64,000 nucleotides of DNA from the human T2T-CHM13v2.0 reference genome, Homo sapiens. Shown piece after piece: positions 15,515-26,182 of this stretch. Numbering within the stretch: the first letter of the stretch is position 1; the number at the start of each line of letters is the position of its first letter. The notes below the pieces were generated by a model. That model was not told the origin of the DNA. It did not search any database and saw only the letters and a program-made list of their open reading frames with translations. The stretch lies in the NCBI RefSeq assembly GCF_009914755.1, contig NC_060931.1. One strand, 5' to 3'. A program made the translations under genes and the position numbers.

Positions 15515-17714
15515 AATATATACAATAGACAATCTTAGTAGGCCTGTATCTATTTAAGAAATTGAATCAATAATTAATAACTTTCCAAAACAGAAAGCAC
15601 CAGGTCCAGGCAGATTCACTGGTGAACGCTACCAAACATCTAAGGAAAAATTTATACCAATCCTCTAGAATTTCTTCCAGAATATGGAAGCAGAGTTAAT
15701 ACTTCGTTTACTTATTGAATGAGACCAGAACTACCTTAAAACACAACCAGTCAAAAACATTACAAAAAAGGAAACTATCAATGAATATCTCTCAATTATA
15801 TAGAAGCAAAAATCCTCAACTAAATATTAACAAATTGAATCCAACAATGTATAGAAAGAATTACATAACATGACCAAACAGGCTTTACCCTAGGCATGCA
15901 AGGCTGATTCAACATTTAAAAAAATCAATGGATGTAGTCTATTATATCAACAAACTAAAAAAAAAGAAAAAAGAAAAATCACACGATCATACCAATAGAT
16001 ACAAAAAAGGCATTGGACAAAATCCAACATCCATTCATGAAAAAAACAGCAAACTAGGAATAGAGGAGGATCTCTTCAACTTGATATCGAATATCTACAG
16101 AAACTCCACAGATAATATTATATTTAATGTTGAGAAACTAGAAGCTTTCCTGCTAAGATTAGGAACAAAGCAAAGATGTCCTCTCTCACCCTTCGTTTTA
16201 AACATGGTACTGGTTGTCTTAGTGAATACAAAAAAAACAAGAAACAATAAAAGGAAATAAAGGGTATACAGATTTGGAAGGAAGAAATAAAAACTTTGTT
16301 CACAGATGACATAATTCCTATATAGAAAATCCAAAACAATTGACCAAAAAAAGTCCTTGAACTTCTAAGCAACTAAAGCAAAATTATAAGCCATGAGGTT
16401 AATATACAAAACTGAATCCCTTTCCTACATGCTAGCAAAGAACAAGTGGAATGTGAAATTTAAAACACAATACCAGTTACATTAGCACTCCTCAAAATGA
16501 AATACTTAGGTATAAATCTAACAATATACATACAAGATCTATATGAGGAAAAAACAAAGCTCTGATAAAAGAAATAAAAAAAGAACTAAATAAATGGAGA
16601 GACATTCCATGTTCATGAATAGAAAGACTCAGTATTGTTCAGTTCTTCTCAATTTTATCTATAGATTCAACACAATCCCAATTAAAAATCCAGCAAGTTA
16701 TTTTGTAGATATCAATGAACTGCTTCTAATGTTTATATGGAAAGGCAAAAGACAGAGTAGCCAACTTAATATTGAAGAAAAAGAAAAGTTAGAGGACTGT
16801 ACTGTCTGACTTCATGACCTACTATAAAGCTACAGTAATCAAGGGAGTGTGGTAGTGCCATAAGAATAGACAAATAGGTCAGTAGAACTGAATAGAGAGC
16901 CCAGAAATAGATCCACATAAATATAGTCAACTGATCCTTGACAAAAGATCAAGGACGATACAATGGAGAAAAGACAGTCTTTTAGCAAATCATGCTGGAA
17001 CAACAGGACATCCAAAAGAAAAAAGAAAAAAAGAATCTCCACACAAAACTGACACCTTTCATAAAAAACTCAAAATAGACCATAGACCAAAATATAAAAC
17101 ATAAAACTATAAAACTCTTAAAAGATAGCACAGGAGAAAATCTAGGTTGGATTTGGCAATGACTTTTCAGATATGACACAAAAGGCATGATCTATGAAAG
17201 AAAGCATTGAGAAGCTGGACTTTATTAAAACTAAAAACTGCTGGTTGGCAAATGACACTGACCAGAGAATGAGAGATAAGACACAGGGAGAAAGGATGTA
17301 CAAAAGAGATATCTGATGAAGGACTATTATTCCAAACATACAAACAACTCTTAAAACTTAACAAAAAGAAAATGCACAACGTATTGAAAATGGGCAAACG
17401 ACCTTAACAGACACCTCAACGAAAAAAGATATACAAAAAGCAACTAAGCATATGAAAAGATGCTCCACATCACATGTCATCTGGGAATTGCAAATTAAAA
17501 CAACAATAACATGGCACTTTACACTTATTAGAATGGCCAAAATTGCAAACACTGACAACACCAAATATGGAGTAACAGGAATTCTCATTCATTGCTGGTG
17601 GAAATGCAAAATGGTGTAGCCACTTTGGAAGACAGTTGGCAGTTTCTCACAAAACTCTTATAAAACATGCTTTTACCATATGATCCAGCAATCACATTCC
17701 ATTGTATTTACCCA
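15515..17714 (+). mobile_element. Old L1 ORF2 (RT and C-terminal region), decayed, 3' end missing
   Basis: RT-like peptides (EKLEAFLLRLGTKQRCPLSP; FIYRFNTIPIK). Breaks after tatttaccca, where the L1 at 3815 continues for about 500 nt. Confidence 0.9.
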
Positions 17715-17719
17715 TGGTA

Positions 17720-19200
17720 ACACTCTTATATGTCTATTGACTGTGAAAACTTTCTCACAAGAAATTCTTCATCCTCCTGCACTCCAGTCTGGGTGAAATC
17801 CTGTGTTTAAAAAATGAAAGAAGGAAATTCCTCATCCTCAACACAAGCAAGAGAGGCTCCTAGAGTAAATCATGAAGAATCCAAAAATGAATGTAGAGCA
17901 CGAGGAGGAAAACAACTGTCCAGCCACTCTCTGGCTATAAGGACCCTGAGCAGACTGAATTGATGGTGTCCATAGGTCATACCTGAAAAGGGATTCAGGA
18001 TCCTTGCAGCACCGGAAGTACAATGAAGTACTGGCCACCTATCTGCTCCCAGCCTACAAGAGATCCAAGCTGGAGACTATACCACAGTCCCAAATCCTCC
18101 CTCCCCACCTTCAGCTGATCCCACCACCAGCTGCACTCCTTCCCCATCCACAAAGTGCAGCATGGCATCTCAGCCAACTCAAAGCAGCAGAAGTATAGCG
18201 AGCCTGCTATTCCCATTTTAAATTTCTGTGCTGTAAATAGTCAAAGGAGCAACAAAGAAATCAGAGGCCTGAGGAGGATCGGGAGGCAGGGCGGAAGCCA
18301 TCAACACAGCCAGCCTGCCTGCCAGTCCCCTCCCTAGCCTGCACCCCCGCTGCACAACCCCCTAGCGAGGCCCTGTGGCCTTCCCCTCCACCCATACCCC
18401 AGCAGCAGTAGTGGAGCCCCAAATGGAACCAACTTCCTCCAGGGCATCTCCTACAGAGGAAACTAACTGCACACTGGGCAGCTTGGACAGCTGCAGGACC
18501 AGTAGAATTTGCCCTGAGGTATGACCCAGCCTTTCCCTATGGAAACAGCCAGGGCTAGCAGGGGACCACGGGGAAGTTCTTCACCTTCCTCTGCAGGCAC
18601 TTGTGTTTCAGGTCAGCCAGAAAGAACCAGCATGAGGCTGAAAGCAGAGTGCAGACAGCAAAACCTCAGGTGGTGGGCAGCAGGGCAAGACTGAACACTA
18701 TAGCTACAGGAAAGCGTGTGGGAAGGTCAAGCTGGCTCTCGGCACTTTCCATGCAACAGGGAGGTCCTGAGCTCCAGGGAGCCCAAGGAGATGGGGCAGG
18801 AGATGGACCATGCTGGAGGCAAAGAGCTGCAGGTGGGAGGGAGCAGAAAACATGCACTGCTGTGCATGGCCCACCTGGCTGAGAGGACCTCATGCAGTGG
18901 AGGACGCAGGTGTGCAAGCTGCTCAGCGGGATCAAATCAGGAGGAAATCCCATACCTCCCTGGCTTTCAAAAGCATTGTCCCCAAGATAAGTGCTGACCT
19001 GAAAAGTCGGCCAGGAGCCTCCTGGGGAACAAGAAAGGAGGGTGGCCCCTCTGCCCCAGTGAGGGAAACTGCAGAGACTGGACTTCTTCCCCAGGGGCTC
19101 TTCTTCCTTCCTGTGCTCCTCTCTGTCTTGTCTTCTGTATTTACTGGGAAGAGGAGATGGTTCTATGGAAATAAACAAACACAATCAACAGATAAAAAAA
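17720..19200 (+). pseudogene. MARK2P13: Processed pseudogene of MARK2 (C-terminal kinase end, UBA, spacer, KA1, short 3'UTR, A-rich tail); symbol number from recall, unverified
   Basis: Intronless, frameshifted fragments resemble MARK2: YMSIDCENFL~YMSTDCENLL; KYNEVLATYLL~RYNEVMATYLL; RHLCFRSARKNQHEAES~RNLSFRFARRNLNEPES; TSLAFKSIVPKISADLK~TSMAFKNIASKIANELK. AATAAA at 19170 is followed by an A-rich tract. Confidence 0.9.
17777..17823 (+). mobile_element. 47-bp Alu 3'-terminal fragment inserted in the MARK2 pseudogene
   Basis: ctgcactccagtctgggtga... plus A-rich tail; TSD gaaattc(t/c)tcatcctc at 17761-17776 and 17824-17839. Confidence 0.8.
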
Positions 19201-21489
19201 TATATATGCCAATTCATTATATTTAAATGCAATAGTTAAAAAAAAAACCCTGCTCTATGACTACAGCTGTCGCAAGACAATTGTCTACAACTGTCCAAGG
19301 GGAGGGTCCTGAACCCTTGAAAACACTCTTATGATCCACCTGAAAAACGATAACAAAAACACTATCCTCAATGGAAACCAAGGCCTGCAAGAGCATCCCG
19401 AGAGTGGGACAACTGTCAATGGCTATAAAGGGGTCTTCCCCGGAGCTGTGGCATGGCTCTTCTTGCTGAGAAACAAGGCCTGAGGGCCACATCTGTATGA
19501 TAAATACTGCTCTGAGACAATCTCCCCACTGTGTATAATCTTAAACAACCCCAGTGTATTCTCTCTCATGTCCTGTGGGTGGCTGGGCTCAGCTGGGTGG
19601 TTGCTCAGCTCCTTGTGGTCTCTGCTGGGCTCACTCCTGTGGGCACATCCAGCTGGGGGACAGGCTGGGTTGCAAGGTCCTAGAGGATTCTCTCACACTC
19701 AGAGGCCCTGGTGCTGCTTGAGGGCTGGGGTGTCTCAGTTCTTCTTCCTGTGGCCTCTCAGTCACAACAGGAGAGTTAATACTTCCCTATAGCATGGCAG
19801 CTGGGTTCCAGGAGGGAACATTCCACAAGGAATGGACTAGTACTTGTCTCTGCTTGCCTTACTCTCACAAATCACATGGCTAAGCCTGGAGTGAATGTAG
19901 AAAGAGGTCACACAGGGAGGAGAATGAGGGGAGGCTGGACCCACTGGGCACCCATGTACAGTCTATCACACACTGTTATGCAGCAAGGCACTGGAATCCT
20001 TTAGAGTAATATACGAAAATGCTCCTGGTGGTGGGATTACCGGCTGAGTGTCTATATACAGGCACAGAAGAGAAAGCAGAATTACATATCTGTGTGTAGA
20101 AGATGAAGCTTTGTTCATTGCCCCTCTCCATGGTGTCTGTCCATGGTGTCTGTCTGGCCATCCTCTGCCACAACTCCCAGTGAGGCAGGATCTGATGTAG
20201 AATGCGCAAGTGGGCTGCCAATGCCTGGAGTTTCCTGAGTTTGGGAACACAGGGAGCCTACTCTGATAAAGAGGGACAAATCCACTGTTAAGGTCACACT
20301 AAAGGAGACGTTGCCTTGTCACACTGATATAATTCAGGACAGCATCCAGCTTGGCCACTGCACACAAGTTGGTGCCAAGTCAATAGCCTGACTGAAGCTC
20401 ATTGATTGGGGCATTGGGGCTTGCTTTGCCAGGACTGAGGTCTTGTGTGTTGGGGCAACATTTCCCTATTCAGCTTTCAAATCTCATCTTGACCCTCACT
20501 TCCCGGGAAGTCCCCTAGCAGAAATTACTTGTAATTCACATCCATATTCTCTTCCTCTCCCTTATTTCAACAGGCACTAGTCTTACTGATTTCATGTCTG
20601 CAGTCCTGCTGCACCATCAGCTCCGGGAATAGAAGTCAGGAGTGTGCTCCTCACTGTACTTCCAGTGCCTAGCACTATGGGTGGTAAAACTGAAAACACA
20701 AATGCTCTCCCTTCTTGTCATCTGCCACCTCTCCCTTTCCCTAAATCGCCATTTACTTTAAAACTGCTAACTAAGAAGCAAAAGGCCAATGACCTTGGTC
20801 CTCTCTGACCAGGCCCCAGGTGAGAACTATGTCGTAAGGGGCAGTGGCCACAGGATGTGGTATTTGGCTGGAATGATATAATTTCTGCCCTTTGACATCG
20901 TCATGTAACTGGGTTGTCAGCTAGAGCCCTAAATAATAAAATGCAAATAAAACCCTCATTCCTTGTAAAATGGGACCCGAGCCAACTTCCCAATCTCAAT
21001 GAGGATTCTTGAAAGTCAGGTATTTCCCTGGGTCTCCTCGTATTCTGATTTTCTGCTTCCACTGAATCCTGGCTCTTTCTCCCACCCATCTTTCATATTT
21101 TAGCTGCCCTTTTTCTCTCTGTCTTTAATTTACCCAGAAAGATTCAGCTCCCTTACTTTATCTCTCCCAAACATAACTTATTGATGGCCATTACATACAT
21201 ATCTTACAAAATTTAGTGTCTGTGCATGGGGTAGGGGTGGGAGGATTGCATCATGAAATAGCACAGCAGATAAAATAGACTGTTAGCCGTAAGTTTAAAG
21301 GCCTCTGTCGCCCACTTTCCTGAGCCCCCAAGCCAAGCTGGGGAATGTTCTCTTCTGTTAGCTGTCTGTTCAACTTCTTGGACCCCTTCATCCCCCTCCT
21401 AAACCTTTTCATCTCCACCCAGGCTCACGTACCCCACTCTCCCCAAAAACAAGGCCTATGTTTTTTTAGATTCAGAGAAAATTTTTTTT

Positions 21490-21920
21490 CATTTTTTGAA
21501 GATTTTTCCAAAGCTGTTGTCACTGAAGTACACCCAAATGCACATATTTAAAGTATACGATTCTGTCAGTTTTGACATTCATATGCCCATGAAACTATCA
21601 CCTCTCAAACTACATTGCCATCAGCCCCCAAAGTTTCTTTGTGCCCTTTAAAATCCATTCCTCCCTCCCCATCATCCCCAGGTAACCACTGATCTGCTTT
21701 CTCTATATGTATGTCAGTTTGTATTTTCTGGTGTTTTATATAAATAGAATCATACAGTATGTTCTTTTTTGCCTTGCTTCTTTCACTCAGTATAATGATT
21801 TTGAGACTTTTCAATGTCATGTAATAGTTTGTCTTTATTGCTCAGTAGCATTCCATTGTATGGATATACTACAATTTATTCATTCATCCACTGATGGATT
21901 TGAGTTTCTTGTTGTTTTGC

Positions 21921-21968
<48 letters not shown>

Positions 21969-22230
21969 GCTATAACAAACAAAGCTCCTATGAACATCCA
22001 CATTCAAGTCTCTGGGTTTCATGTTTTCCTTTTTCTTTGGTAAATACCTATAAGTAGATTGGTTGAGTCATATGGTAAGTATACGTTTAACTTCTTAGGA
22101 AACTTCCAAACTGATTTCCAAAGTAGTGGTGCCATCTTACACCTCCACCAGCAATGTATGACCATTTCAATTGCTCTGCGTCCTCACCAACATTGGATAC
22201 AATCAGTCGTTTTAAAGTTAACCATCTCAT
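21490..22230 (-). mobile_element. Old L1 3' end
   Basis: Reverse L1 3'UTR motifs (ccaaactgatttccaaagtag, ccaccagcaatgtatga). Confidence 0.8.
21923..21964. repeat. (TG)21 microsatellite
   Basis: Direct count. Confidence 0.95.
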
Positions 22231-22821
22231 TGCATGTTTTTGTGGGGTGTATGTATGTGTGTTTTTAAATGCACTTTGGTTTGGCCAACGCTTGGTTTCA
22301 TTTATACCAAGGGGAGCATTTGCTAGGTTTATGGGGAATAAAACCAGATTATTTCTGTTGTTCTAGGATATTATTAATAGAGTCCTCTCTTCACCTCCAA
22401 AGTGTCCTGGTTTGTATGATAAAATATGTTTTCTCTGCTTCCAGCCCAAGTAGCCACGCTCCACGGCTGTGCTTCCACAGCCACGTTGCGCATCAAGGCA
22501 TTCTGCTCAACGAAGAGTTTTCTCTGTTTTCCTGCTTGTCTTAAACTGTTTTTTCCTTACCGCACCAGGATTTCAGTGCGTGGCATAATGTAGCCCAGTG
22601 TTTGGGTGGGAGATGATGGTAGGTAGCAAGGCATTTTTGCGATCAAGTGCAAATAGCTTGCCTAAAAATAAAGCCAATAAAGAGAACCGTGGAGCCAGAG
22701 ATGGAGGCAGTCCTGCCATGTCCTAATGACCCCATCATCACTTGGGTCGGATGCAACCAGACCTGAGGTAAGATTCCTTACCTTAACTTTTCAACAAGGA
22801 ACCAAAAATTTCCCCCCGACC

Positions 22822-22849
22822 TTTTTTTTTTTTTTTTTTTTTTTTTTTT
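22822..22849. repeat. T28 homopolymer
   Basis: Direct count; no adjacent Alu body. Confidence 0.95.
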
Positions 22850-23859
22850 GGTCTAAGCTAGTTTGACTTGGTTTTCTGACCAATATACATAGCAGGGGAA
22901 TGTGCCTCAGAAAGGCAGTAGCATTTTCCAAACTTGGGCTGCCGCTCATTTTACAACCAAAGTACCTTCCGCCTGTGAGAGGTACTATTTTTGCTGACCC
23001 AGTCCTTGGAATTGAAACCAGATGCACTGGTCACATTGGTTGGGGATGAAACTTCAGAGAACACTAAACATCCAGGGTCAAAGTATTCAACGATATCACC
23101 GCATGATTTGCTTAATCGAATACTCTAGCTCTAGGTATCCACTATAATGCAGAGGGCTCTTTAATCTTTAACCAAATTGTCATTTAGCAGTGTGATGCAA
23201 AAACTCTTCTGGGTTTTGGGAAGCAGCCCCCATTTCCCTCCTTCGTAATGATTAGACTTAATATTACAAAAACTTATCCTTGTTTACTCACAGCGCTAAA
23301 TGTGCAAAGGAGCAAACCTGTATTTGACCTATGCGAACACACAGGAGGGTGGTGCGTGCCCTCTGCTAGGAGCACAATGCGTCGCTGGCGTTATTAGAGG
23401 ACATCTCTCTGAGCGGAGCAAAGGTAATACACTGGTGGAAGAAAAGAAAAGGCCGAAAGTGGGGACAGAAATTAAGACGATCCCATTCAGTCTCCTCTGG
23501 AACGTTCTGCAAAATTCCGTGAGACCCTGGACCTACAGCGATGCACTCTCAGGGACTGCCCCGGCCTTCATCCCCACACCTCAAAGACAGACGAAAAGCA
23601 GCTGAGCAGATCTCGCCTCAGGCAATCCTAAACAGCCTCTACCAGGCACAACCAGTCCTAGGCCCCGGGCGGCAACCATGGTCCGGGGGCAGCTGACTTA
23701 GGACAGCCTCCCTGTGACCCGCCCTCGCCGGCACGGCGCCGGCTCCGCCCCTTAAGCCCCCTAAGTCCCGCCTCTGCGCTCCCGGGGCCTACCCCCGCGC
23801 TCATGGCCCCGCCCCCGCTTTTCCTACCCCATCGCGCCCTGGCCCCGCTCCCACACTCT

Positions 23860-24126
23860 ATGACCCCGCCTCTCGCACTCCAGGCCCGCCCCACGCGCTC
23901 CAGGGTTCTGCTCTCCACCCATTTGTGCCAGGCCACGCCCCCACACCCATGGCTCCTCCTCTCGCACGCCAGGGCCGCCCCTCGCGCTCTCTGGTTCGTT
24001 CTCCACCCTCTTGAGCCTTGATGCCGCCCACTCTTCCATGGCCCCGCCTCTCCCACTCCAGGCCGGCCCTTGCGCTCTCGGGTTCCTCTCTCCACCCACT
24101 GGTGCCAGGCCTCGCCCCGCGCCAGG
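23860..24126. repeat. Degenerate tandem repeat, 3 x 89 bp, in the EEPD1 promoter
   Basis: Units start at 23860, 23949 and 24038 (atg(a/g)c(c/t)cc(g/t)cctctc...ggttc...tctccaccc...). Units 1 and 3 are roughly 80% identical by eye. Confidence 0.8.
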
Positions 24127-24199
24127 GCCCCTCCCCCACGTGCCCTCGGGAGTCCCGCGGAGGAGTTGCCGCGCGGAGGAGGCGTGGCCGCGGTGCCTG

Positions 24200-24654
24200 C
24201 GGAGGCGCGAGCGGCGCGGCGCGGCGCGGCCGGGACTTTGGCTTTGACACCGACTGCGAGCGGGAGCCGTGCGGCTGGTGCTGGGTCTGGACTGGCTCTG
24301 GCGGATCCCCGCCCGAGTTGGGCGCAGGACTTTTTGCCGGGGTAAACGCAACTGCGGCGGCGCCGCCGCAAGCCCCGGTGCAGCCTCGGCGGCGGGTTTC
24401 GCCGCCGCTGCCGCCGCCTCCGAGCAGCCCTGCGGCTTCTATTCACTCTGGGAGAGCGATGCTAAGTTTCTCCCATAGAAAGAGCCGGGACACGCAGACC
24501 GAAGCGGCGTAGGCGGCTTCCAGGGCCTGACCAGTGACCCACACCCGCGCGGACGCCTAGGCTGGAGGCAGGGGGCCCGTGCTGTCCCGGGCTGGGCTCA
24601 GGCTTCCGAGCCGCAGGTGGAAGAGGAACCGGCGCCCCGCAGAGCGGCCGAGAG
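24200..24654 (+). other. EEPD1: EEPD1 non-coding exon 1 (TSS approximate)
   Basis: Lies within the CpG island; donor GAG|GTGGGG at 24655. The TSS cannot be fixed from sequence alone. Confidence 0.7.
24459..24512 (+). other. uORF in exon 1 (MLSFSHRKSRDTQTEAA*)
   Basis: ATG at 24459 (gcgATGc), TAG at 24510-24512. Confidence 0.5.
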
Positions 24655-25148
24655 GTGGGGCGCGGGGACCCGCGGCAGGTCGGGTGGGGGGTCGATAAGC
24701 CCCTTCTCAGTGCCCGCTCCGGGGAGCACGGACTTCCCAGGTTGCAGGTAGCGCTGTGTCAGATGCGGAGCGTGGGGGAGGTGGAGTGGCCACCCCGTCT
24801 GCGCGAGCCCAAGTGTGGGTGACCCAAGTGTCAGAGTTGAGAGAGGCCTGGAGGAGAGGCATGAGGCTGATGGGGATAGGTCTCTTCCCAAGAGAAGCGG
24901 CTCGTAGCCTTTTTGGACTCCAGTGTGATAAAACCCGGACGTCCCTAGAGGAGAATCCACATGGGCCTAGCCTCATTGTGCCTGCGTTTTTAGGGGTTCA
25001 CGGGCAGCCACCAGTCCCCGACTCCTGGTTACTAACTCTAGCACTAGGTAGGGGGTGCTAATGCAAATTTCTTAATTCAATGGGTTTCTATGTTTATTGA
25101 TTTATTTTCTAGGCGGCCAAGTGAAAGGTAATTTTGGACACGCCAGGC

Positions 25149-25193
25149 ATGGAAGATTCGGTGTTTGTCTATAGTAACCTCTTCAGTCCCTGA
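25149..25193 (+). other. uORF in exon 2 (MEDSVFVYSNLFSP*)
   Basis: Strong Kozak ggcATGg; TGA at 25191-25193. Confidence 0.6.
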
Positions 25194-25304
25194 ATCCTGC
25201 ACCTTCCGTTTTTCTGTGCTTGTACGGCCTACTGGGCTTCCTCCCTAGCCAGAGAGCTCTTCTGCAGTGGTGCGGCCTTCCCGGGAGCCTGATCCTGGCG
25301 GACC

Positions 25305-26182
25305 ATGGGGAGCACCCTGGGCTGCCACCGCTCCATCCCCAGGGACCCCTCGGACCTGTCCCATAGCCGCAAGTTCAGCGCAGCCTGTAACTTCAGCAAC
25401 ATTCTAGTGAATCAGGAGCGGCTCAACATCAACACTGCCACGGAGGAGGAGCTGATGACCCTGCCTGGGGTGACGCGTGCCGTGGCACGCAGCATCGTGG
25501 AGTACCGAGAGTATATCGGTGGCTTCAAGAAGGTGGAGGACCTGGCATTGGTCAGTGGTGTAGGCGCCACCAAGCTGGAGCAGGTCAAGTTTGAGATCTG
25601 TGTGAGCAGCAAGGGCAGCTCAGCGCAGCACTCTCCCAGTTCCCTGCGGCGGGACCTGCTAGCGGAGCAGCAGCCTCACCACCTGGCCACAGCTGTGCCC
25701 CTCACCCCACGTGTTAACATCAACACAGCCACCCCGGCCCAGCTCATGAGCGTGCGAGGCCTCTCGGAGAAAATGGCCCTCAGCATCGTGGACTTCCGCC
25801 GTGAGCATGGGCCCTTTCGCAGCGTTGAGGACCTAGTGAGGATGGATGGTATCAATGCCGCCTTCCTGGACAGGATCCGGCACCAGGTGTTTGCTGAGAG
25901 GTCCAGGCCCCCATCCACCCACACGAACGGGGGACTGACCTTCACCGCCAAGCCTCACCCGAGCCCCACTTCCCTGAGCCTGCAGAGTGAGGACCTGGAC
26001 CTGCCGCCAGGGGGGCCCACCCAGATTATCTCCACTCGGCCGTCCGTGGAGGCCTTTGGAGGCACAAGGGATGGGAGGCCTGTGCTGAGGCTGGCCACCT
26101 GGAACTTGCAGGGCTGTTCCGTGGAGAAGGCCAACAACCCCGGGGTGCGAGAGGTGGTGTGCATGACACTCCTGGAAAACAG
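25305..26182 (+). CDS. EEPD1: EEPD1 first coding exon (codons 1-292 plus 2 nt; CDS continues beyond the window)
   Basis: Translation MGSTLGCHRSIPRDPSDLSHSRKFSAACNF... matches human EEPD1. It has two HhH modules (RLNINTAT, RVNINTAT) and the EEP-domain start LRLATWN. Strong Kozak (gaccATGg). Ends at donor AG|GTGAGG (GT at 26183). The ORF-track stop at 26184-26186 is intronic. Confidence 0.97.

Larger units (their letters stand above)
23660..24830. promoter_or_regulatory. CpG island / EEPD1 promoter with many GC boxes
   Basis: Very high GC and CpG density, repeated CCCGCC/CCGCCC Sp/KLF motifs, (GCGCG)n near 24212, no obvious TATA box. Confidence 0.92.
25113..26182 (+). other. EEPD1: EEPD1 exon 2 (192 nt 5'UTR plus 878 nt CDS)
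   Basis: Acceptor tttattttctAG at 25101-25112; donor GTGAGG at 26183. Confidence 0.88.

Noticed and set aside
15928-16809. RT-like ORFs as an active LINE-1
   Set aside because: Multiple stops and frameshifts, with no 5'UTR or ORF1.
18004-19226. Short ORFs as a functional MARK-like kinase
   Set aside because: MARK2 homology is split across frames with stops, and most of the catalytic domain is absent.
23658-24512. Long ORFs on both strands over the promoter (262 aa minus, 175 aa minus, 164 aa plus)
   Set aside because: Arg/Gly/Ala/Pro-rich products expected from stop-poor CpG-island DNA; the internal peptide repeats come from the 89-bp DNA repeat.
25113-26182. Alu-driven circRNA of exon 2
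   Set aside because: Intron 1 (458 nt) contains no Alu to pair with those in intron 2.
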